This document shows positions 48,982-56,108 of a DNA stretch of 64,000 nt, one piece after another. Below the pieces are notes generated by a model that had not been told where the DNA came from, searched no databases, and saw nothing but the letters and a program-made list of their open reading frames with translations. Numbering within the stretch: position 1 is the stretch's first letter; every line of letters begins with the position of its first letter. The DNA is taken from the NCBI GenBank assembly GCA_049297695.1, contig JBAQUT010000036.1, positions 986-64,985 of the forward strand, read 5' to 3'. This DNA is from Alphaproteobacteria bacterium (GTDB lineage Bacteria; Pseudomonadota; Alphaproteobacteria; UBA2136; UBA6156). The translations under genes were made by a program, and so were the position numbers.

Positions 48982-49872
48982 TCATTCACTTTGCAAACTT
49001 TTAATTACTTCGGTTACTAATCTCAACGATGGAGAACCATCTCCCATAGCTTTCATTGTTAACTTTGCAAGATTGTTTCTTGAAAAATTGGGATTTCGAT
49101 TCATAATGGGAATTGCAAAACTCTTAATAAGTTCATTTCTAGCTTTTGCTTGTTCTTTATTTTTAGTTAATCCCTTGCCCTGTCCTTTTGTGATTTTATA
49201 TCCCATTGTACCAAACATTCCTTGGGTCAAAAGATAATCCCCGCGCTTCATAGCAATGTTAAAATCATAATTTAGCCATTGATTTATTTGTCTTAAATCT
49301 CGTAAGTCTACAAGGTCAAGATTCCTACATCTTCCAATTTCTATCTCATCAGGGGATTCTGAGTAGTGAGACTGTTCAAGAATTTCTGAGTATTCACCGC
49401 ATCCAATCCATGAATGCATCCTTTCAGGTGCATAGTACTCTCCAACTCTTATTAATTTATCAATGTAGAGAAGATAGAGTGGATTCTCATAAATAAATTC
49501 ATGGGGCATTGGATATTCAGTTTTTAGGTAATTTTTGTAAAGCTCATACCTAATTACTTCTAATCCAGGGTGTATTAAAGGATGAGCTTTAAGCTGTTCA
49601 ATAATCCACGGTTCATTGTGACAATGCAGTAATTGAAAATCACGTTGCCGCTGACGTTCAATGTACTCTTTATTTAGACGTTCAATTTCATATTCAACAA
49701 TCCTACAGGGATAAGGTATGGTTGATTGTTTTAGTAAATCCTTTAGTAAGCTTTCACTATAGGGCACAGCCTCTATATCATTTAATCTTGAAATATGTCC
49801 TAAATCATATGGGGTCGCATATTCAATTTCATGAATTTTACAATCAAGAAGCTTAAAGTAGTGAGGTATCAC
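48982..49872 (-). CDS. hypothetical protein, strongly low-GC (~35%) cargo next to the integrase
   Basis: 296-aa ORF; no recognisable family; 4-bp overlap with the int stop. Confidence 0.5.
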   Translation of the reverse strand: MIPHYFKLLDCKIHEIEYATPYDLGHISRLNDIEAVPYSESLLKDLLKQSTIPYPCRIVEYEIERLNKEYIERQRQRDFQLLHCHNEPWIIEQLKAHPLIHPGLEVIRYELYKNYLKTEYPMPHEFIYENPLYLLYIDKLIRVGEYYAPERMHSWIGCGEYSEILEQSHYSESPDEIEIGRCRNLDLVDLRDLRQINQWLNYDFNIAMKRGDYLLTQGMFGTMGYKITKGQGKGLTKNKEQAKARNELIKSFAIPIMNRNPNFSRNNLAKLTMKAMGDGSPSLRLVTEVIKSLQSE

Positions 49873-50942
49873 CCAAACACCCTCTCCGTCATTTTGCTCA
49901 CCACTTCAACCGCGTGGTTATCGGCAAGGTGGGCATAGCGTTTCACCATTTGGATGCTGCGGTGGCCCAGAATGGCGGACAGCACGGGCAGGGTAACGCC
50001 TGATTCCAACAGGTAGGTGGCGGCGGTGTGGCGGAGGTCGTGGAAACGGAAGTCCTCTATTTTGGCTTCTTTGAGTGCGGCCTCCCAATGATTGGCTGGG
50101 TCAAGTGGAGCCATACCATCGGCACGGGGGAAGATGAGGTCGGTGTTCAAGCGCCTTACCTTGCTGGCTTCCTGCAAAACTCTATGCGCCAAGCCTGTCA
50201 GGGGTACGGAGCGTTTATCGCCGTTCTTACTATCTTCCACCCGTATCACCTGCCGCGTAAAATCCACATCCCGCCAGCGGAGGTTTAAGAGTTCACCCTT
50301 ACGCATCCCCGTACAAATAGCCATGACAACAAGGGGGTAAAGGAGCGGATGTCGGCCCTCCGCCTTACAGGCTTCCAACAGGGCTTTGCGTTCATCGGCG
50401 GAGAGATAGCGCACGCGGGCGTTGTTGGGTTCCAGCTTTCTTACTTCATTCAAAGGATTAAGGCGAATCCAGTTCAACTCCTTGTGGGCATACGCTAAGG
50501 CGGCGGAAAGGGCTATGAGGTAATGGTTGACGGTGGCGGCCTTGATACGTTGGGCATCCTTGACGTTCCGCCATGTCTTTTGCATGAGTTCCCGCTTGTA
50601 GGTGTTGATTTTGTCGGCGGTAATGTCGATGAGGTATTTATCCCCCAGCCGCTCCTTCCACCACATAAGTTGCTTTTCACGTTGGGCGTACTGATAAGCC
50701 CCCACAGTGTGTTTATAGTTGATAAGGTAATCGGTAATGGTTTCATGAAGGGTACGGACAGCGGCCTCATGGTTTTCAAACTTCAAACCGCGCTTGATGT
50801 CCGCTTCCTCTTTTTGTACCCAATCCTTGGCATCGGAGAGGCGTTCAAATGAGGCGCTTTTGGGTTTATGGCCCTTTAGTCTTATTTTTGCCCGATATGT
50901 TGGGACACCGTTCCGCCCTTTACGCTTTTCAATAACCGCCAT
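49869..50942 (-). CDS. int: tyrosine-type site-specific integrase (P4-like)
   Basis: N-terminal arm-binding region MAVIEKRKGRNGVPTYRAKIR; catalytic HDLRHT...LGH...Y (KRYAHL). Confidence 0.85.
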   Translation of the reverse strand: MAVIEKRKGRNGVPTYRAKIRLKGHKPKSASFERLSDAKDWVQKEEADIKRGLKFENHEAAVRTLHETITDYLINYKHTVGAYQYAQREKQLMWWKERLGDKYLIDITADKINTYKRELMQKTWRNVKDAQRIKAATVNHYLIALSAALAYAHKELNWIRLNPLNEVRKLEPNNARVRYLSADERKALLEACKAEGRHPLLYPLVVMAICTGMRKGELLNLRWRDVDFTRQVIRVEDSKNGDKRSVPLTGLAHRVLQEASKVRRLNTDLIFPRADGMAPLDPANHWEAALKEAKIEDFRFHDLRHTAATYLLESGVTLPVLSAILGHRSIQMVKRYAHLADNHAVEVVSKMTERVFG

Positions 50943-50976
50943 TTTTCATACCCATCTTAGATTCTAGCTATTCCCA

Positions 50977-50998
50977 TTTGGGACACTCTTGGGACATT
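50977..50998. repeat. 22-bp direct repeat TTTGGGACACTCTTGGGACATT (copy 2, between int and attR)
   Basis: Identical to 43002-43023. Confidence 0.6.
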
Positions 50999-51115
50999 AG
51001 AGCATAGTAAGTAGGAATAATCCAGCGGAGGCTAAAGCAAGGTGATTCGTTATTATTCAAATGGATGATTACTTTTGTTACTTTCCTATTATTCCCATTT
51101 ATACCGCTGGTCAAA

Positions 51116-51170
51116 ACTGTAAATCAGTTGGCGTACGCCTTCGAAGGTTCGAATCCTTCTTCCTCCACCA
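51116..51170 (+). repeat. attR: duplicated 3' 55 nt of tRNA-Tyr
   Basis: Identical to 42886-42940; not preceded by the 5' half of a tRNA. Confidence 0.8.
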
Positions 51171-51255
51171 TATTTGCCCCAAGGGGGCTTATGACAAAGC
51201 AAGAAGAAGGAACAACGGCTTCACACGGCCGCAGGCCACATACAAACCAGCCGTC

Positions 51256-51276
51256 ATCCTTCTTCCTCCACCATTT
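51256..51276 (+). repeat. third, 21-bp copy of the tRNA-Tyr 3' terminus (ATCCTTCTTCCTCCACCATTT)
   Basis: Lies 85 bp beyond attR. Confidence 0.55.
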
Positions 51277-51346
51277 GCTTCCTTCAGCGCGCCCACCTTG
51301 TTCCCCACCTCCCACCATGCTAAGAAAGCCTTTGAAAAGGCACGTT

Positions 51347-52531
51347 ATGAATCAGATGTACGATGTGATTGTGGTGGGGGCAGGTGGCGCTGGCCTGATG
51401 TGCGCGGCCGAGGCGGGCAAGCGTGGCCGCCGCGTGTTGGTGGTAGACCACGGGGACGAGATTGGGCGCAAAATATTGATTTCCGGCGGCGGGCGCTGCA
51501 ATTTTACCAACGTGGGGGCGCGGGCGGAACGGTATATTTCCCGCAACCCGCACTTTTGCAAATCCGCCTTGGCGCAGGTTACGCCCCAGCATTTTATCCA
51601 GCTGGTGGAGAAGAACGGCATTGCCTACCACGAGAAAAAGTTGGGCCAGTTGTTTTGCGATGATTCGGCCCAGAACATTGTGGATATGCTGCTGCGGGAG
51701 TGTGCGGAAGCGGGGGTAGACATCCAGCTGCAATGCACGGTGGAAAATATTGAAAAGGGAGGGGAGGGCTTTACCCTTGCCACCAGCCACGGCACGTTTG
51801 AGTGCCAAAGCCTTGTGGTGGCCACGGGAGGGTTGTCCATCCCCAAGCTGGGGGCCAGCAACTTTGGTTACAAAGTGGCCCAGCAGTTTGGCGTGCCCGT
51901 GGTGCCCACCACGCCTGCCTTGGTGCCGTTTACGTTTACCGAACGCGATTTGGCGTTTTACGATGGCTTATCCGGCATCGCGTTTGATGCCGAGGTAACC
52001 TGCGGCAAAACTACCTTTCGGGAGAATGTGCTGATAACCCACCGGGGGGCCAGCGGCCCGGCCATTTTGCAAATATCCTCGTATTGGAATGCGGGGGAGG
52101 AGATCCATATCTGGATTATGCCGGAGGTGAACTGGGGCGAGGTGATGAAACAAGCCCGTACAACTAGCCCCAAACAAGAGCTGAAAACGGTACTTTCTGA
52201 CATTGTGGCCAAGCGGTTTGTGCAGTGTTTGGTGGAGAAGGGGATGATACCCGCCACGCACATGGCCGAGCTTGGGGATACGCAGATTGCGGCGGTGCAT
52301 AAGCTGCTGACCGATTTTGTGATAAAACCCAACGGAACCGAAGGTTACCGCAAGGCCGAGGTGACGGCGGGCGGGGTGGATACCAACGCGCTGAACGCCA
52401 GCACCATGGAGTGCAGCACTGTGCCTGGATTATATTTTATCGGCGAAGTGGTGGATGTGACCGGGTGGTTGGGGGGGTATAACTTCCAGTGGGCATGGGC
52501 ATCCGGCGCGGTGGCGGGGCGGAATGCGTGA
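51347..52531 (+). CDS. NAD(P)/FAD-dependent oxidoreductase, YhiN/BaiN (HI0933-like) flavoprotein family
   Basis: MYDVIVVGAGGAGLMCAAEAGKRG Rossmann motif; ~394 aa. Confidence 0.75.
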   Translation: MNQMYDVIVVGAGGAGLMCAAEAGKRGRRVLVVDHGDEIGRKILISGGGRCNFTNVGARAERYISRNPHFCKSALAQVTPQHFIQLVEKNGIAYHEKKLGQLFCDDSAQNIVDMLLRECAEAGVDIQLQCTVENIEKGGEGFTLATSHGTFECQSLVVATGGLSIPKLGASNFGYKVAQQFGVPVVPTTPALVPFTFTERDLAFYDGLSGIAFDAEVTCGKTTFRENVLITHRGASGPAILQISSYWNAGEEIHIWIMPEVNWGEVMKQARTTSPKQELKTVLSDIVAKRFVQCLVEKGMIPATHMAELGDTQIAAVHKLLTDFVIKPNGTEGYRKAEVTAGGVDTNALNASTMECSTVPGLYFIGEVVDVTGWLGGYNFQWAWASGAVAGRNA

Positions 52532-52544
52532 TGCTAAGAAGTGG

Positions 52545-52817
52545 TTAGCGTTGAGGATCGTTCTCGTTTGCAGAATAGGACTGAAAAGAACGAAACGAGT
52601 TACCAGTAAAAAGATACGACATATCGAGAGCTAAATAGTGGGATAAATCCATAAGCCTTTTGGGGCCTGCACGCAGCAAGCCAGCCTCAATTTGCTTCAT
52701 TTCTGCTGGAGAAATAGCCGTGTAGCGCCAAATGTCTTCCAAATTTACGCCTTTGAGGATACGAGCAAAGCGCATGCGGGTTCCAATCGCGATATCAATG
52801 GGGTTTTGAGGTTTCAT
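52545..52817 (-). CDS. XRE-family HTH transcriptional regulator, low GC
   Basis: IGTRMRFARILKGVNLEDIWRYTAISPAEMKQIEAG HTH. Confidence 0.5.
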   Translation of the reverse strand: MKPQNPIDIAIGTRMRFARILKGVNLEDIWRYTAISPAEMKQIEAGLLRAGPKRLMDLSHYLALDMSYLFTGNSFRSFQSYSANENDPQR

Positions 52818-52891
52818 GTTGGGTATATGGGTTGGTTATATTGGTTTACAACCCCCTTGCCCCTCAAGCGCGTGCGGGGTACACAGGGGGT

Positions 52892-53467
52892 ATGGACGAT
52901 GTTTTAACCATCCGCACCGAAACCACCCCCAACCCCAACAGCCTGAAATATCAGGTGGGGCGGCTGCTCATCCCCGGCGGCAGCGCCAACTTCCCCACGC
53001 GGGAGAGTGCCGCCGAGCGCAGTCCCTTGGCCCGCCGTATGTTTGCCGTAGAAGGCGTGGTAGGGGTGTTTGTGGGGAGCGATTTTTTTACCATCACTCG
53101 GGAGGAGGGGATCACGTGGGGGGCTATCAACGCCCAACTGGCCCCCGCGCTGGAAGCCTTTTTTGACGCGGGCGAGCCTGTACTGCAAGGCAAAGCGCCT
53201 GCCGAAGCCCCGCTGTTGGGCGATACGGATGCTGACCCTGCCACGGTAGCAAAAATTCAAGAGCTGCTGGATACCCGCATCCGCCCCGCCGTGGCGAATG
53301 ATGGCGGGGATATCGTGTATCGTGGCTTCCAAAACGGCATTGTGTTTTTGGAAATGCACGGCGCCTGCAGCAGCTGCCCTAGCAGCACCGCCACGTTGAA
53401 AGTGGGGATTGAAACCATGTTGCGGAAAGAACTGCCCGACGTGGTGCGCGAAGTGCAGGCCGTGTAA
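52892..53467 (+). CDS. Nfu/NifU-family Fe-S cluster assembly scaffold protein
   Basis: Nfu_N (MDDVLTIRTETTPNPNSLKY) plus NifU C-domain with HGACSSCP (CxxC). Confidence 0.7.
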   Translation: MDDVLTIRTETTPNPNSLKYQVGRLLIPGGSANFPTRESAAERSPLARRMFAVEGVVGVFVGSDFFTITREEGITWGAINAQLAPALEAFFDAGEPVLQGKAPAEAPLLGDTDADPATVAKIQELLDTRIRPAVANDGGDIVYRGFQNGIVFLEMHGACSSCPSSTATLKVGIETMLRKELPDVVREVQAV

Positions 53468-53577
53468 CCGTACCCATATGGTCACACCCGATGTCGGACA
53501 GATGGTGCGCTGCACACCCAGAAGTTGCATTGCCCCCTGAATAGCCCATACTACAACGTATAGAGGAGGGGCCGCCC

Positions 53578-54114
53578 ATGACCACCAGTCCGTTTTGCTT
53601 TGCCAACCATATGCTGAACGTGGCGGCAGGATGCACCGTGGATGCCTGCGCTTACGGCCAGTGGGAACACCGCCTGAACATGATGAAAGTGAAGGCGTTG
53701 GGCGAGGGGTTCCTCGCTGGCTGGCTGCACAACCTGATGGCCCGCATTACGCCGCTCACCGCCCGCGATACCGACGATTACCTGATGATGGCCGACCTGT
53801 TTATCACCGATGCTACCCAAGCGACCGCGTTGCTGCAAAAGATGAGCTGCGACATGAGCGCCTTTGCCACGGCGGCGGGTTTGTACTTCAGCCCCACCAC
53901 CACGCCGCCGGAAATGGCTCTGCACAAAGCCGTGTACCAACAGATTGCCAGCCGTTTGGGCGAAAAGTTTGGTATGGAAACCCCTGCTCCCTTTGCCTGC
54001 GCCACCATCAAGGCTGTGGAAAGCGAGCAATCCCAGCGGTTTATCCGCGAATTCATGAACGAAACCTTTGAGCGCCCCGCCGCACGGGTGGGGGCGGAAG
54101 ACTATCTGGACTAA
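53578..54114 (+). CDS. hypothetical protein
   Basis: 178-aa high-GC ORF. Confidence 0.4.
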   Translation: MTTSPFCFANHMLNVAAGCTVDACAYGQWEHRLNMMKVKALGEGFLAGWLHNLMARITPLTARDTDDYLMMADLFITDATQATALLQKMSCDMSAFATAAGLYFSPTTTPPEMALHKAVYQQIASRLGEKFGMETPAPFACATIKAVESEQSQRFIREFMNETFERPAARVGAEDYLD

Positions 54115-54143
54115 CCGCCCGCAATGTGGCACAACACGCCTGT

Positions 54144-54219
54144 GCCGCTATAGCTCAGCTGGTAGAGCATCTGATTTGTAATCAGAGGGTCGCGTGTTCG
54201 AATCATGTTGGCGGCACCA
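54144..54219 (+). tRNA. tRNA-Thr (TGT)
   Basis: GCCGCTATAGCTCAGCTGGTAGAGC...anticodon loop TTTGTAA...TGGCGGCACCA. Confidence 0.85.
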
Positions 54220-54425
54220 TACTTCGCGCAGTGAAGTATGCCCTACGAAGCCTTGGCGAAGTAGGGCTTCTTGAGTATATTTTCTATAAATATCAATATA
54301 TCCGCTTCGTATGGCAGGCCATAGAGAACAGCTTTTTGATTATAGTCTTTTCAAAACCATGCCCAACATGAACAACAGCTATATGTACCCCAAATGCCGC
54401 ACAAGGTGGCAGATGTGTTCTTTTT

Positions 54426-54439
54426 TTGATGTTCATCAA
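54426..54439 (+). promoter_or_regulatory. FNR/Anr-type box TTGAT-GTTC-ATCAA upstream of ompW
   Basis: Perfect inverted repeat centred ~61 bp before the ompW ATG. Confidence 0.5.
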
Positions 54440-54493
54440 GGTGGGGGCGGGGTTGGTGGCGCAAACGTACCCTGTAACAAAGGAGAATCAACC

Positions 54494-55114
54494 ATGCGTA
54501 CCGTAGCCGCCACCCTCACCCTTGTAGCCCTGCTGGCCACTGCCGCCCATGCCGAAGACGGCAACTGGATGGTGCGCGGCCGCGTGATTAATGTGGCGCC
54601 CTCCAACAACGGTGGCGATGCCAGCATCGGTGGCAAGCCCCATGCCGATAACAGCTTTGCACCGGAAGTGGACGTAACCTACTTTGCCACGCCCAACATC
54701 GGTTTTGAGGTGATTGCCGCCACCACCAAGCACGACACCAAAGTAAACAAAAAACCCACCGAAACCGACCTTGGCAGCGTGTGGGTGTTACCCCCAACCT
54801 TAACCGCCCAATACCACGTGACCGAAGCCTGCTTGGGTAACTTTAAGCCTTACGTGGGCGCGGGCGTAACCTATGCTCACTTTTACAACGCCGAGCACCG
54901 TAATGCGCCTGGCATTAACAGCGTGAAGTACGACGATGCCTTTGGCCCCGCGTTGCAAGCTGGCGTGGATTACAAAATAAGCGACAACATGTACCTCAAC
55001 GCCGATGTGAAAAAGCTGTACATCTCTACCGACGTGAAGGTGAACGACACGATTACGGCCAAAGCCAACTTGCAGCCCTGGGTGATGGGTGTGGGTGTAG
55101 GCTACCGCTTCTAA
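54494..55114 (+). CDS. ompW: outer membrane protein OmpW
   Basis: AAGGAG RBS; signal peptide; C-terminal ...GVGVGYRF. Confidence 0.8.
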   Translation: MRTVAATLTLVALLATAAHAEDGNWMVRGRVINVAPSNNGGDASIGGKPHADNSFAPEVDVTYFATPNIGFEVIAATTKHDTKVNKKPTETDLGSVWVLPPTLTAQYHVTEACLGNFKPYVGAGVTYAHFYNAEHRNAPGINSVKYDDAFGPALQAGVDYKISDNMYLNADVKKLYISTDVKVNDTITAKANLQPWVMGVGVGYRF

Positions 55115-55138
55115 GGTTCCCTTACTTGGACAAACATT

Positions 55139-55160
55139 GGGCCGCATTGCGGCCTTTTGT
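55139..55160. terminator. Rho-independent terminator between convergent ompW and the fnr-like gene
   Basis: GGCCGC ATT GCGGCC TTTT. Confidence 0.6.
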
Positions 55161-55183
55161 TTGGTATAAATAAAGAGAGAAGG

Positions 55184-55930
55184 TTACACCCGCGCTTTGG
55201 CACACCCTTGCTGGCACGGGAACGTACCGCTGCACGCGCTGCAGGTGTGGGTGGTAAGGCTGGCCACGCTGGGGATGGTGATGCTGGCGCCACGCACATC
55301 CAACCCGATGTCTTTTTTCAGCGCGGCAAGGGCGCGGCTGAAGGTTTCTGGTTGCATACCCAAGCGGGCGGCCAGAAGGGTTTTATCAAACGGCAAATGA
55401 AGCGTAACGGTACCCGTGCTGGCTTGGAGATGGTGGGGAATAAGCCGCAGCAAAAAGCACCCCAACCGTTGCGGCGCTTTTTGCAAGGTGCGGCCCTCCA
55501 GTTCGGTTTCCAGCCAGGTTTGGGTGGTGGCCATATCCCGTAAAAACGCCATGGCCAAGTGGGGGCGACGGTCCAAAAGTTCGGTGAGGCGGGTTGCCGT
55601 AATCAGGAGATATTCGGCGTCTTCTGCCACTGTGGCGGTGCTGGTGTGGGTGAGCCCGCCAAATAAATCTTGCAGGCCAATCAGACGGCCGGTGGTCAGC
55701 ACATCCAGCACGGCCTCCGCCCCATCCAGCGTGCTGCGGGAGAGCTTCACCCATCCACCCAGAAGCAGTAGAACATAGGTCACGTTGTCGCCGTGGTTGA
55801 ACAGAATATCGCCTTTGGCACCTGTTTTGCGAGAAGTAGCGCTGGCCAAGGCGGCCAAATCGTCATGCTCCATGGCATCCAACGGGGGAGAAAGACGCAA
55901 CGCGAAGGAAAGGGGGCTGAACATGGTCAT
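55184..55930 (-). CDS. Crp/Fnr-family transcriptional regulator with C-terminal Cys cluster
   Basis: cNMP-binding fold plus HTH; C-terminal HTCSACSGTFPCQQGC. The track ORF start at 56050 overlaps ccoS; ATG 55930 (MTMFSPL) taken as the start. Confidence 0.75.
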   Translation of the reverse strand: MTMFSPLSFALRLSPPLDAMEHDDLAALASATSRKTGAKGDILFNHGDNVTYVLLLLGGWVKLSRSTLDGAEAVLDVLTTGRLIGLQDLFGGLTHTSTATVAEDAEYLLITATRLTELLDRRPHLAMAFLRDMATTQTWLETELEGRTLQKAPQRLGCFLLRLIPHHLQASTGTVTLHLPFDKTLLAARLGMQPETFSRALAALKKDIGLDVRGASITIPSVASLTTHTCSACSGTFPCQQGCAKARV

Positions 55931-55934
55931 ACCC

Positions 55935-56105
55935 CTATTTACCCCGTTTGCGGGGGGATGGCGAGGGGGTGTCGTCGTCCAGAATGCGGGCGGCGGCACC
56001 CTCCAAATCGTCAAACTGGCCGTTGCCGAGCGCCCACAGGAAGGCCACAAGCCCTAAAAGACCCAGAAACATGGCAATGGGGATGAGAAACACCAGAGCG
56101 TCCAT
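55935..56105 (-). CDS. ccoS: cbb3 oxidase maturation protein CcoS/FixS
   Basis: Hand translation MDALVFLIPIAMFLGLLGLVAFLWALGNGQFDDLEGAAARIL...; 56 aa. Confidence 0.6.
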   Translation of the reverse strand: MDALVFLIPIAMFLGLLGLVAFLWALGNGQFDDLEGAAARILDDDTPSPSPRKRGK

Positions 56106-56108
56106 GGG

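Larger units (their letters stand above)
42941..51115. mobile_element. ~8.2 kb integrative island at tRNA-Tyr (int, alpA-like, AAA_25 replicase-like, umuDC, cargo ORFs)
   Basis: Bounded by 55-bp direct repeats of the tRNA-Tyr 3' half; tyrosine integrase next to attR. Confidence 0.8.

Noticed and set aside
48926-49237. 103-aa plus-strand ORF inside the low-GC cargo gene
   Set aside because: Fully nested antisense within the 296-aa ORF. AT-rich DNA generates long spurious frames. No RBS.
55931-56050. 40-codon N-terminal extension of the Crp/Fnr ORF (TTG start at 56050)
   Set aside because: This region encodes CcoS in another frame (MDALVFLIPIAMF...). The regulator's conserved domain starts at MTMFSPL (ATG 55930).
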